Shown here: in pieces, positions 19,570-28,988 of the stretch
How the letters are laid out: every line of letters starts with the position of its first letter
Position numbering within the stretch: position 1 is the stretch's first letter
The notes under the pieces: model-generated
Database searches by the model: none
Told to the model about the DNA's origin: nothing
What the model saw: the letters and a program-made list of their open reading frames with translations, nothing else
Origin: Trueperaceae bacterium
GTDB taxonomy: Bacteria; Deinococcota; Deinococci; Deinococcales; Trueperaceae
Assembly: GCA_965215565.1 (NCBI GenBank)
Contig: CBDCDZ010000004.1
Coordinates: forward strand, 2,752,001-2,816,000
Direction of reading: 5' to 3'
Length of the DNA: 64,000 nucleotides
Position numbers and translations under genes: made by a program

Positions 19570-20256
19570 TTATCTTGCTCGAGAAGCGTCTCTAGCCACC
19601 ATCATCTCCCGCTTTCCCCCAGGCGGCCCCGACCTCTTCTCCACTTCGAACCCGAGCGCCTGCATCCGCCGCCGCACCTCGCCCTTGACGCAGTAGGTAC
19701 TTAAAATCCCACCATCTGCCAGAGATTGGCGTAGTTTGTTCAGAAAGGTCTCTGACCAGAGTTCGGGGTTGGTTGCGGGGCTAAAAGCGTCTTGATAGAC
19801 AGCGTGAAAGTGGTTTTCCGGTAGAGGTTGCAGGGTGGCGTCGCCTAAAAGAAGCTTCAACCTCACCCCCTCGAATTCGAAAGAGGTGGTTTTGGCGCGT
19901 CGCCACGCCAGGAAGTGCTCGAGAAGTTCAGGGTGCTCTAAGTGCGTTTCATATCTAAGAGAGGTGAAGTCGTCTGCGCTCAAGAGGTCTTGCTCTAAGG
20001 CGGTGTAGTGAAGGTCCGTCCCGCACTTTAGAGCAATATCAGCCGTCAAAAAGAAGTTTAGGCCCGTGCCGAAGCCGACTTCTAAGAGGTTGGCGGAGTG
20101 TTGCTCGAGCCTCTGGGCCACGCCCGTCCCCTGCAAAAAAACGTGCTTCGATTCGGTGAGTGCGCCCCTATGTGAGTGAAAGCTCTCCGCATAACGCGCG
20201 CTGTAGAGGGTGCGGCTGCCGTCGGCTGTGGTGCGCGGCGTAACGGGTGGCGTCAT
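19570..20256 (-). CDS. mnmD: tRNA mnm5s2U34 methyltransferase (MnmC N-terminal-like, MnmD)
   Basis: TADGS.TL, HS..GA..ES.HVF, EVGFGTGLN, DAFSP..NPELW and GKREM motifs. Confidence 0.92.
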   Translation of the reverse strand: MTPPVTPRTTADGSRTLYSARYAESFHSHRGALTESKHVFLQGTGVAQRLEQHSANLLEVGFGTGLNFFLTADIALKCGTDLHYTALEQDLLSADDFTSLRYETHLEHPELLEHFLAWRRAKTTSFEFEGVRLKLLLGDATLQPLPENHFHAVYQDAFSPATNPELWSETFLNKLRQSLADGGILSTYCVKGEVRRRMQALGFEVEKRSGPPGGKREMMVARDASRAR

Positions 20257-20804
20257 GTCCTCTCCAGATATTCTCGCTGCAACACGTCCATGATGATTTC
20301 GTCATGCCATTCACCAGCGCGGAAGATGACCTCTCGACGCCTTCCCACCTCTCTAAATCCCGCCTTAGTATAGGTGCGAATACCGCGCTCATTGAAGGCG
20401 GTGACCTCTAACTGGACACGGTGATAGTTGAGTTCGCTGAAGGCGTAATGAAGGAGGAGTTTAACGCTCTCCGTGCCGAAGCCCTTGTTCCAGTGCGGCT
20501 TGGCGATAATGATACCCAGGTGGGCCGAGCGGTTCTTGACATCTGCGCCCCACAGATTGCAGCAGCCGATCAGCTCGCTCGTCTCTTTGAGGGTGATAGC
20601 GAAACCGACGCCTACTTCGCTGTCACTGAACCAGCGCTCGAACATAGTGACGTTTGTCTCTTCTTGGTTCAAACGAATCGCGCTGTTGATCTGATAGTGT
20701 GCGACTTCGGGGTCGGACCACCAAACGTGAAAGATAGAGAAATCTTCCGCCTTAGCCGCGCGTAAGCGTAAGCGTTCCGATTCGAAGAGGTTGAGCATAA
20801 GCAA
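20253..20804 (-). CDS. GNAT N-acetyltransferase (RimJ/RimL family)
   Basis: WNKGFGTE, N.R.IR.Y.K.GF..VG..RE motifs. Confidence 0.9.
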   Translation of the reverse strand: MLMLNLFESERLRLRAAKAEDFSIFHVWWSDPEVAHYQINSAIRLNQEETNVTMFERWFSDSEVGVGFAITLKETSELIGCCNLWGADVKNRSAHLGIIIAKPHWNKGFGTESVKLLLHYAFSELNYHRVQLEVTAFNERGIRTYTKAGFREVGRRREVIFRAGEWHDEIIMDVLQREYLERT

Positions 20805-20805
20805 T

Positions 20806-21951
20806 CTATTTCGTCAAGAGCGCCGTCAGGAGTGCCAAGCGGTCTAAGGTCTCTGTCACGCGGATGTGTTCGTAGCGGGCGTGCGGACCTCTGCCCGAGG
20901 AGCCTAAACCGTCCAGCGTCGGAACGCCCAACGCCGAGGTGAGGTTGCCGTCGGAGCCGCCGCCGACGACGGCGCTGTCCAAGCTAAACCCCAAGCCTTC
21001 CATCTTCTTTTTCGCCTCTTCAAAGAGCACCATATTTTGCTCCGTGGGCTCCATCGGCGGGCGGTTGAGCCCGCCTTCGATGTGGAGTTTGACGCGGCTG
21101 TCTTTGGGCTCGTAGCCGTAGACCGCCCTCTCGACGCGCTTGCCCTCGCCATCCTCGAGCGCCCTTAAATCTACCTCTGCAAACGCCTCCTCGGGGATGA
21201 CGTTGCCGACGCTGCCGCCACGCGCCACCGTGAGGTTGACGCTCGTTTGCGCTTCGTCGTCGTTTAAGGATTCCACAAAGAGGAGAAAATGGGCTAACTC
21301 GCGCAGCGCGGACGCGCCGTCTTCGGGGTTATTACCCGCGTGGGCGCTCTGCCCCTCAAAGGTGACGAAGAACGCGCCGACGCCCTTGCGCCCGACTTTG
21401 AGCGCGCCGTCGTCGCGTCCGGGCTCTAAGACGAGGGCGCGGTCGTGCGTTTGGGCGAGGGACTCGATGATGGTTCTCGAGTGCTTGCTCCCCACCTCTT
21501 CGTCCGAGGTGATGAGCAGCGTGACCGGACCTTTAGGTTCCAAATCTAGCTCTTCTAGCATCGCAACGGCGTGGATGCCCGCCGCGATGCCCGCTTTCAT
21601 GTCGAGCGTACCGGGACCGTAGAAGAGGTCGCCCTCGCGCTTGACAGGCATCTTCTCCAGCGTGCCGACGGACCAAACGGTGTCGGCGTGGGTCAAGAGG
21701 AGCGTGGAGGTCTCCCCAGGGAAGTCTTTGCGGGCGACGAGCTGATCGCCTACCTCTTCCTTGGCGACGCGCTCGACGCGCCAACCTCTTGCGCTAAGGT
21801 CATCTTCCAGATGGCCGATAAGCGCGTCCACTGCCGCTTTCTGTCCGGTGGGAGATTCGAAGCTTGCCAAAGTTTTCAGGGTTTCTAAATAGGCGTCTTC
21901 TCGCGCGTGCGCGGCGTTTCTCAGGTTGGACTCGCTATGTTCAGAAGTCAT
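20806..21951 (-). CDS. M20 metallopeptidase (glutamate carboxypeptidase-like)
   Basis: HADTV, GPG..DMKAG, DEE, EPG, GGSDGN and H...E motifs; start at MTSEH after a TATGGT -10. Confidence 0.92.
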   Translation of the reverse strand: MTSEHSESNLRNAAHAREDAYLETLKTLASFESPTGQKAAVDALIGHLEDDLSARGWRVERVAKEEVGDQLVARKDFPGETSTLLLTHADTVWSVGTLEKMPVKREGDLFYGPGTLDMKAGIAAGIHAVAMLEELDLEPKGPVTLLITSDEEVGSKHSRTIIESLAQTHDRALVLEPGRDDGALKVGRKGVGAFFVTFEGQSAHAGNNPEDGASALRELAHFLLFVESLNDDEAQTSVNLTVARGGSVGNVIPEEAFAEVDLRALEDGEGKRVERAVYGYEPKDSRVKLHIEGGLNRPPMEPTEQNMVLFEEAKKKMEGLGFSLDSAVVGGGSDGNLTSALGVPTLDGLGSSGRGPHARYEHIRVTETLDRLALLTALLTK

Positions 21952-22061
21952 TGGAGTACCATAACAGGGAAGAGGTGCGGCTTGGGTTTGGTAGCTAGGG
22001 GAGTGGGAAGTCAAAAGCAATGGGTGAAAAGCTTTTGCCGATACCTACTAAACGCTCGCTC

Positions 22062-22412
22062 TCAGTCCGTCCCTACCTTGTTTTCTTCCTCACGCTTCGC
22101 GCGCTCTGCTAAATACTCGCGCCAGAGCGTCTCAGCAAGTACGCGCACGGCGGGCTCACGGGTGGTGCGGGCGTAGGAATAGCCCATGCGCAAGTCGCCC
22201 TCTGCCGACGCCGCGCCCAAGCGTTTAGCAACTCTATAGCGCGACAAGTAGACCTGTGACAAGAGCGCGTTGCGCATCCGCTGCGGCTTGACCGCGTGGA
22301 GGTCGCGCAGGGCGGCGCTAAAGGCGTCCATCGCGCCCTCTGAATTCCCCTCGTTCACCAGCGCCTCGCCGCGCTTAAAGTGCTTCGCCGCGTTGTAGAG
22401 CAGTTCACGCAT
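22062..22412 (-). CDS. Hypothetical helical (TPR-like) protein
   Basis: 116-aa ORF with RBS-like GAAAGG. Confidence 0.6.
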   Translation of the reverse strand: MRELLYNAAKHFKRGEALVNEGNSEGAMDAFSAALRDLHAVKPQRMRNALLSQVYLSRYRVAKRLGAASAEGDLRMGYSYARTTREPAVRVLAETLWREYLAERAKREEENKVGTD

Positions 22413-22541
22413 CAGACCTTTCTAACATGCTACCCCAAGGCGAGTATACCGCCCTCTCCTCACCTGCCACGTCGTTGTGGCGTTTCGGAGAATGTGGAGA
22501 GCAGAATACAGAAAGCAGAATAAAAACCTTTAATCTTCTTT

Positions 22542-22725
22542 TAGCAGGCATCATCTGGTTTGAGTGCGCGAAGCGATGCGAAGCAACACTCTCACTATGC
22601 AAAGCGGTGTTCAACACGCACATTCGGAGATGAAATCCCGCAACGGCAGGGCGGCCTGCCCGTAACGCTAGTCCTTGCGGACAGAGATCTGCGCTCATCC
22701 GTCTCAGTATGTCTTGGAACTGCTA
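22542..22725 (+). repeat. MITE-like dispersed repeat, copy 6
   Basis: TAGCAGGCATCATCTGGTTTGAG[21 nt]ACACTCTCAC...GAGATGA[insert]ATCTGCG...TGGAACTGCTA. Confidence 0.9.
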
Positions 22726-22726
22726 T

Positions 22727-24094
22727 TTATTCTCCCTTCTGTATTTTATCCTTTCGCTCCAGCATCTCTCTCACCGCGTCGTGGTCCGCCTTGCGAATGG
22801 GGTAGCGCCAAGCGAGTAGGAGGGCGACGAGAAAAGCGAGCGCGGCGGCGGGTCCTACCGTCCAGGTGATGGCGCTTTGTGCGGACAAGGGAACGTCCGC
22901 GTCGTAGTTGGCAAGCTCGAGCACCCCCGCGTTCAGCGCCGCCCCGAGCGCAAACGCCGACTTCTGCGCGAAGGTGAATACGGCGTAGAGCAGCCCCTCG
23001 CGCCGCGCCCCATGCGCCAAGAGGTCGAACTCCGCCACGTCGGGCAGCATCGCCCAGGGAAAGAGCAGCGCCGCGCCGGTGCCGACGCCCGCTAGCGTCA
23101 CTGAGGCGAGAAGAGAAGGTGAAAGCCCCACCGAAGGAACGAGGACGATGAGTAGAAGTCCGACGATAAGAACGGCTAGCCCGAGCGCCAAAGCGCCGGA
23201 TTTACCCGCTCGCCCCGCTGTGATGTTCCAGAGGGGCAGCGCCAGAATCGCCACGGTAAAGAGGAGCCCCAAGATGAGGGTCTGCTCGCCCGGACTAAGC
23301 TGCAAACTCGCCAGGTAAAAGGGCAGCATCGACGACACAATGCCGAGCCCGAGCGTTACGCTGACGAAAAGGGCGATGAGGGCTAGATAACCTCTTGTTT
23401 CTAGTACTGAACGAAGGGGTGGCGGCTCGCTGGCTTGCGGGTTGAGGGAGGCTCGAGGCTCTCTCACGCTAAGCGCCATCAGCAGGTACGACGCGCTCAT
23501 CACTGCGCCAAATATCACGCCCATGCCGATCCAGCCGAATTGATCCGTTTGAGAACGTCCCATAGAACTGTTGATTAGCGCCACCAGTAAAGGCGGCGCG
23601 GCGGCAGCGATGAGCGACGCCAGCGTGCCGAAGCCGATGCGGTAGCTGCTCAGCGCGGTGCGCGCCTCGTAGCCCGGCGCGAGTTCGGGCGTGAGCGCCA
23701 TATACGGTACCTGCACGACGGTGAAGATGACGGCGTGAAGCGCGAGCGCGAGCGCGGCGAGGGCGAACACAAAACCTTGCGACGCGCCTTGCGAGACGTT
23801 AGGAATCGTCCAGAGGAGCGCGAACGAGACGCCGAAGGGGACCAGCCCTGCCCAGATGTAGGGTTTGCGCCGCCCGTAGCGGCTGCGCGTGCGGTCACTG
23901 AGCGTTCCCATGAGTGGGTCCGTTACCGCGTCGATGAGCCGCCCGGAAAGGAGCGCCGCGCCCGCTAAGCCTGGACGCAACCCGGCGACGTCCACCAAAA
24001 AGAAGAGAAAAAAGAAGTTCACCGCGTTGTACGAGAGCGACGCGCCCACGTCCGCGACGCCGTAGCCGAGCTTGGTGCGTAGGGAGAGGGGCAC
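22727..24094 (-). CDS. MFS glycoside-pentoside-hexuronide (MelB-like) transporter
   Basis: KLGYG, DAVTDP.MG..SDRTRSRYGRRKPY, VPY.AL.PEL and RREG motifs. Confidence 0.92.
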   Translation of the reverse strand: MPLSLRTKLGYGVADVGASLSYNAVNFFFLFFLVDVAGLRPGLAGAALLSGRLIDAVTDPLMGTLSDRTRSRYGRRKPYIWAGLVPFGVSFALLWTIPNVSQGASQGFVFALAALALALHAVIFTVVQVPYMALTPELAPGYEARTALSSYRIGFGTLASLIAAAAPPLLVALINSSMGRSQTDQFGWIGMGVIFGAVMSASYLLMALSVREPRASLNPQASEPPPLRSVLETRGYLALIALFVSVTLGLGIVSSMLPFYLASLQLSPGEQTLILGLLFTVAILALPLWNITAGRAGKSGALALGLAVLIVGLLLIVLVPSVGLSPSLLASVTLAGVGTGAALLFPWAMLPDVAEFDLLAHGARREGLLYAVFTFAQKSAFALGAALNAGVLELANYDADVPLSAQSAITWTVGPAAALAFLVALLLAWRYPIRKADHDAVREMLERKDKIQKGE

Positions 24095-24574
24095 GGCGTA
24101 AGGGTATCATGCAAAATAGACCCTTCTAAGGTTCACCGCGTTGTACGAGAGCGACGCGCCCACGTCCGCGAGCGAAAAAGTAGACCCTTCTAAGGGCGAG
24201 CGAAAAAGTAGCTAAAAGGGGAGAGGGGAAATACTAAGTTCCGTTGACGGTTTGTGGGCTCTCGAGTTGAGACTCGCAGCGCTGAAGACGAGAAGCAAGA
24301 AGCGAGGAGCAGGGAGGCTCAACTGAGCCGCGCAAAAATCCGTACTCTACGGGCATTTCTACTGGTCTTCTCGAGATGTCAACGCCGAGTAAAGACGCCT
24401 GAATTTTCCCTTCCCTATTCTATAAGCAGCGCTCGAGCACAGCTCAAGTTTGTTCTGCGAGGAACCTCCACCCAGCCTTAATGAAGCGTTGACCCCCAAA
24501 GTGTGAAGTGTTTTGCCTCACAAACGGTTACTCGGTTACAATTTCCTAAATCAAATGCTTGTTACCGTACCTCT

Positions 24575-24772
24575 ATGAAATATTTACTGATTCTTTTACT
24601 TACATTGACCTTTGGGCTCGCAGCATGTGGAGACGGCGAAAGCGACGCCGAAGCGGGCGCTGAGCAAGCCGCCGAAGAGGTACAACAGGGCGCAGAAGAA
24701 GCGGGCGAAGCCGTTAGCGGCGCTGCAGAAGAAGCGGGTGACGCTGCTGAAGACGCCACTGACGGGAACTAG
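24575..24772 (+). CDS. Small Ala/Glu-rich lipoprotein (65 aa)
   Basis: MKYLLILLLTLTFGLAAC followed by AEEAG repeats; TACCGT -10 lies 6 nt upstream. Confidence 0.8.
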   Translation: MKYLLILLLTLTFGLAACGDGESDAEAGAEQAAEEVQQGAEEAGEAVSGAAEEAGDAAEDATDGN

Positions 24773-25500
24773 TCTTTCTTGACTGTATACCGGGTTGCTT
24801 CGTAAAGGGCGATCCCTACCGCTACCGCGAGGTTTAAGGACTCGATAAGCGCCTCTTGAGGAATGACGACGCTTTCGCCTACCTCGCGGTACGCTTTTGG
24901 CAAGCCCGGTCCTTCGGGTCCGAAGACGAGCGTGAAGGGAGAGGTGAACTCAACTTCTTGTAATTCGCGCTTAGCGTCCAGCATAAAGGGGTAAAGCTGG
25001 CGTGAAGAGTTCATCTGGTACGCCTCCAAGTCATCAAAATAGCGCGCGTTGAGCGCGAAGACCGCGCCCATCGAGGCGCGGACGACGTGTGGGTTGAAGA
25101 GGTCGGCGGCGGGGCGCAGCAGCGCTAAGTCGCGCACGCCAAAGCCCAACATCGTCCTGATGATGGTGCCCAAGTTGCCCATATCGCTCGGGTTGACCAG
25201 CAAGAGGTGGTTCGCTTCCTTTTGCAGCGTCATCTCATATTTTTCAAACACCGCGAACACGTAAACGTTGCCTTTGTGCGCGAGCTTGTTGACGAGCTTG
25301 TCGTTGACTTCGAGCGGAATACCGTGGGCGTCGCACCGAGCGCGAATCTCCGCGACGCCCTCGCTTACTTCTCCTCTGGAATGCGCGACGACGCGCAGCA
25401 CCTTATCGGGGCGGTGGGTCAAAAGCTCCAGCGTTGGAAAGATGCCGAAGCTGTAGGAGTGCGCGAAGTCCTTTTTGTAGCGTTTGAACTGCACCTTCAA
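24769..25500 (-). CDS. TrmH/SpoU family RNA methyltransferase
   Basis: D.GNLGTIIRT, RASMGA, FGPEG.GL and ESLNLAVA motifs. Confidence 0.92.
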   Translation of the reverse strand: MKVQFKRYKKDFAHSYSFGIFPTLELLTHRPDKVLRVVAHSRGEVSEGVAEIRARCDAHGIPLEVNDKLVNKLAHKGNVYVFAVFEKYEMTLQKEANHLLLVNPSDMGNLGTIIRTMLGFGVRDLALLRPAADLFNPHVVRASMGAVFALNARYFDDLEAYQMNSSRQLYPFMLDAKRELQEVEFTSPFTLVFGPEGPGLPKAYREVGESVVIPQEALIESLNLAVAVGIALYEATRYTVKKD

Positions 25501-26495
25501 ACCTTTTCTTGAAATCCTTCGAAGGGCGCGGCTAAACCCGCTTCGGCGGCGTCCAAGGCTTCACGCGGAGCCCACGCCAACGCCCGCACGCCCCTATAGG
25601 CGCGGAGCGCTCCGCCCCGTTCCCCTGCCAAATCACGAAGTTGACCCAAACGCGACAAGAGGTAGCCGGGCAGGTAGTAGGGCTCACTGAAGTCACCTCG
25701 GCTCGCCGCTTCTAAGAGGTTTAGGGCTTCTGCAGTATGGCCGTTCGCGAGGAGTAGGTTCGCCTCGTGGAAGCGGGCTTCAGCGAGTTCCACAGACCTG
25801 AGTTGCGCAATCACGTTGCCGGGCTCGGGCACGTCGCCACGAAAGGCGAAGTCTAGGAGGCTGCGCGTTCTCACCTCCTCTGTGGGTTCGCTCTCGCTCG
25901 GAAGGGTTAGCTCAGCTTCATCTCGGAGGGCGTCCTCTAAAAAGGGTACGTGGTCGATGCTCGCTAAAACCGCTACGCGCTCGTGCGGCAATGCTAAAAT
26001 CCGCGCCGCCATCACGCCGACACGCTCCCGCAACCAATCCGTCCCCGGACCGTCGCCGAACGCCTCCTCCTTGACCTCTCCCTGTTCGCGTACGATCGGC
26101 ACCACCTCTTCGCGGATGCGCTGTAAAGTCAATCCTTCTTGCAGAAGTGCGTTAAGCGGTCTCAGCAGTGCGCCCAGTTGCGCTACGGTGCCGCGCGTCT
26201 TTTCGTACTGTGACAAGTAGCGCTGAAAGTCGGCTTCGGCGTCCGAGTCGGGGCTGGGCTCGAGCACACCGTAAACCTCTTTGCCGCTGCGCCCCGCCCA
26301 CGGCACCACACTAAGAGGTAACGGAATCTCGGGCGTATCTTGCCAATTCAAGATGTCGAACGCACCGGACTCCAAAGCCGTCGTCGCCACCGCGTCCGGC
26401 TGAACGTCGCGCACGATATCTTTCACGCTCACCGCGTTGTAGAGCGGAAAGCGCAGGTGAAACGGTCCCATGAGCGGGATGAGAAACAGCTTCAC
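25497..26495 (-). CDS. Conserved hypothetical protein with C-terminal TPR-like helices
   Basis: 332-aa ORF coupled to both neighbours. Confidence 0.75.
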   Translation of the reverse strand: MKLFLIPLMGPFHLRFPLYNAVSVKDIVRDVQPDAVATTALESGAFDILNWQDTPEIPLPLSVVPWAGRSGKEVYGVLEPSPDSDAEADFQRYLSQYEKTRGTVAQLGALLRPLNALLQEGLTLQRIREEVVPIVREQGEVKEEAFGDGPGTDWLRERVGVMAARILALPHERVAVLASIDHVPFLEDALRDEAELTLPSESEPTEEVRTRSLLDFAFRGDVPEPGNVIAQLRSVELAEARFHEANLLLANGHTAEALNLLEAASRGDFSEPYYLPGYLLSRLGQLRDLAGERGGALRAYRGVRALAWAPREALDAAEAGLAAPFEGFQEKV

Positions 26496-26818
26496 GCCTC
26501 GTCGTCCCAGTTGTCCAACTCTAGGTCATCTAACTCTAGGTCATCTAACTCTAGGTCATCTAAGTCTAAGTCGTCCAAGTCTAGGTCATTTAAACCCAGG
26601 TCGTCCAAACCTCTTGCACGCCGAAGTTGCTCGGCGCGCCACGCTCTTTCTTCCTCAAGCCTTAGTAAATACGCATTTTTGTCACGCCTCGCCTGCGCCT
26701 CGCGCTGGATGCGGGCTAAAAGCCTCTCTCCCGCTGGTCTCTCGACTTCCTCTTTGACGGCGCGTCTTTCCGCTCGCCGCTTCGCCTGTTTGGTGCGTCT
26801 TTTGCTCTTCTTCGCCAC
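26492..26818 (-). CDS. Hypothetical protein, basic N-terminus and (DDLxL)n acidic tail
   Basis: TACTAT -10 lies 6 nt before the GTG; stop overlaps the next start. Confidence 0.65.
   Translation of the reverse strand: MAKKSKRRTKQAKRRAERRAVKEEVERPAGERLLARIQREAQARRDKNAYLLRLEEERAWRAEQLRRARGLDDLGLNDLDLDDLDLDDLELDDLELDDLELDNWDDEA
26510..26610. repeat. 15-bp tandem repeat (TCTAGGTCATCTAAC-like)
   Basis: About six in-frame units encoding DDLEL/DDLDL. Confidence 0.85.
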
Positions 26819-27044
26819 ACCTTATAGTACGGCGCGGCGCGTGAAGGGAAGGTAGGCTCGAGAGGGTAAAAAGTTCGGAATAAAAGCTCGTTACTTCTTA
26901 ATGCTCGCTCTTTGACCTTCCTACTGTAGAGAGCGCTACTGATATCGCGCGCTAGTGCGCCTATGGTGAACTGTTAGTAAGTTCACTGTTCAGTTGTGGG
27001 GGTCAGCCTCTCAACGAAGTCGCCAGAGACACCAAGGGGGTTAG

Positions 27045-27593
27045 ATGGATAACTCGAGAGACACTACAAGCACCATACCTAAGGGCAGCGCGTCCAGCAC
27101 AGGGCACGACGATCCGAGCGCGCAAGAGGCGGCGCAAGACGTCGCTAAAGACGCTCAGGCTAGAGCGAAAGAGGTCGGGCGCGCCGTCTCTGAACAGACC
27201 AAAGAGGCTGCTGAGGAGCTGCGCCAGAGCGCGGTGGCGTCCTTTTCGGACAGCAAAGGGCAGCTCGCCAAGCAGATCGCGGGGCTCGCCAAAGCCTTTC
27301 GGCGCGGTAGCGACACCTTGCGCGACGAGGAGCTAGGCGACTTCGCTCGCTTGAGCGACGGGGCGGCGGAGCGGCTCGAGGACCTCAGCGATCAGCTAGA
27401 CCGCAACACGGACGACCTCTTGAGCGATTTACAAGATGTCGCGCAGGAGCGCCCAGTGCTCTTTGTGGGCGGGCTGCTCACCATCGGCGTCCTGTCAGCG
27501 CGCTTCTTGAGGAGTTCGCAAGGTTCACCGAGTTATGATGATGACTACGACACCGACTTTGGCTATCAGGGTTACGAGCGGGGGAACGAGTGA
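27045..27593 (+). CDS. Hydrophilic helical protein with C-terminal membrane anchor (stress cluster)
   Basis: RP.LF.GG...G...ARFLRSS anchor; AAGGGG RBS. Confidence 0.75.
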   Translation: MDNSRDTTSTIPKGSASSTGHDDPSAQEAAQDVAKDAQARAKEVGRAVSEQTKEAAEELRQSAVASFSDSKGQLAKQIAGLAKAFRRGSDTLRDEELGDFARLSDGAAERLEDLSDQLDRNTDDLLSDLQDVAQERPVLFVGGLLTIGVLSARFLRSSQGSPSYDDDYDTDFGYQGYERGNE

Positions 27594-28438
27594 GCGACAC
27601 GAGAGACAGAAATTTAGAAAACAAGAGCCCAGACGAGTTAGAGCAGGACATCGAAGAAACCCGGGCGCGCATCAGAGGAGAGATGGGCGCGCTGGGCTAC
27701 AAGCTTGGACCCGAAGGACTGCGTGACAGCGCTGAAGACGCCCTAGACGACACGCAAGAAACCGTTATCAGCGTCACGGAGCAGCTCAAAAAGGGCGTCA
27801 TTGAAAGCTCGGACAGCATCGGCGGTAGATTGTCGGCGTTCATCAAGCAGAACCCCGTGCCCGCGACGCTCTTCGGCGTCGGACTGGCTTGGCTCCTCAA
27901 ACAAGGGCAGGAGAGCCGGAGTTATACTAGGGATAGCAGCGCCGCCCAGAGAGGTGGCAGCAGAGGCGGCAGCGCGAAGAGTGTGAGCCGCGGACGCAGC
28001 GGGAGCCGATCACGCCCCGAAGGGAACGACAGCAGCCGCAGCGTGAGTCGTTCGCGTTCCACAGGAGCGGCTAGTGGCGATACGGATGACACCACGGGCG
28101 ACACCATCGTCGCCAACAAGCCCGGCGGTTCTAGCAGCTCGGGGCGCAGCGTAGGAAGTCACGGACGCGCGAGCGCGGACGCCGCGTCCCAAGGCGAGGA
28201 CGAAACGTTCCGCTCGCACTATGAGTCGAACTTCAGCGCGAACGGTGACTTCGAGGACTACGAGCCCGCCTACCGCTACGGCTTTGACTTGGCGTCCGAA
28301 AGCGAATTTCAGGGCAAGCCCTGGAACGACGCGAGGGGCGACATCAAACGCCGCTGGGACGAAGAGCGCAACGAGCCTTGGTATAAGTTTGACGGAGCAG
28401 TTGAGCACGGCTACACCACTGCGCAGTCGCGCCGCTGA
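27590..28438 (+). CDS. DUF3618-like protein
   Basis: SPDELEQDIEETRARI...L..KL.P, NPVPA.L.G.G.AW, and C-terminal YEPAYRYG...W motif. Confidence 0.75.
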   Translation: MSDTRDRNLENKSPDELEQDIEETRARIRGEMGALGYKLGPEGLRDSAEDALDDTQETVISVTEQLKKGVIESSDSIGGRLSAFIKQNPVPATLFGVGLAWLLKQGQESRSYTRDSSAAQRGGSRGGSAKSVSRGRSGSRSRPEGNDSSRSVSRSRSTGAASGDTDDTTGDTIVANKPGGSSSSGRSVGSHGRASADAASQGEDETFRSHYESNFSANGDFEDYEPAYRYGFDLASESEFQGKPWNDARGDIKRRWDEERNEPWYKFDGAVEHGYTTAQSRR

Positions 28439-28451
28439 GCTTCGCCATGTC

Positions 28452-28562
28452 CGTGACTATCTGAAGTTACTAAAATTGTATTACGCAGATATCATCTCCA
28501 AGAGTGCGTGCTCAACAACGTTTCTCTTAATAAGAGCGTTCACAACCAGATGACACCTGCTA
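28452..28562 (-). repeat. MITE-like dispersed repeat, copy 7
   Basis: Reverse complement reads TAGCAGGTGTCATCTGGTT...GAGCACGCAC...GAGATGATATCTGCG. Confidence 0.85.
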
Positions 28563-28574
28563 CAGGAGGCAGCC

Positions 28575-28988
28575 GTGGCTGACACTAATTCCAAAAAGGA
28601 GCAGAGTCTAGGCGCGCTTTTCGCCGACCTCTCCGACAAAACAACCTTACTCATCCGCCAAGAGATCGACCTCGCCAAGCAGGAGATGACCGACAAGGTC
28701 AAACGTGCCGTAATGGACGTAGTGTCTTTTCTCGTCGGCGCGTTCATCGCCTACATCGGGCTTCTGGCGCTTATCGCCGCCGCCGCCATCGCCCTCGCGT
28801 TGGTCTTACCTGACTGGGTGGCGACGCTCATCGTCGGTCTCGTCGTGATCGCGGTAGGTGGCATTATGGTGGTAGTAGGCATCAACAGCCTCAAAGACAT
28901 TAACCTCAAGCCGGAGCGCACGATCAGTACCCTTAAAGACAACCAAGCGCTTGCAGACGACGCGAAAGCCGTGAAGGAGCAGTCATGA
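28575..28988 (+). CDS. Phage-holin-family / DUF1469-like membrane protein
   Basis: SLGALFADL....LIRQEIDLAKQEM, two TM segments, PERTI.TLK; AGGAGG RBS. Confidence 0.85.
   Translation: MADTNSKKEQSLGALFADLSDKTTLLIRQEIDLAKQEMTDKVKRAVMDVVSFLVGAFIAYIGLLALIAAAAIALALVLPDWVATLIVGLVVIAVGGIMVVVGINSLKDINLKPERTISTLKDNQALADDAKAVKEQS

Noticed and set aside
24117..24211. Possible mini-CRISPR array
   Set aside because: Only one spacer-like segment, incomplete and abutting repeats, and no cas genes.
24243..24382. Segment bounded by GTTGAC...GTCAAC, possible IS remnant
   Set aside because: The inverted match is too short, it is single-copy in the window, and there is no transposase trace.
28575..28988. Prophage suggested by the holin-family gene
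   Set aside because: No endolysin, structural or integrase genes; this family is common in non-phage stress clusters.
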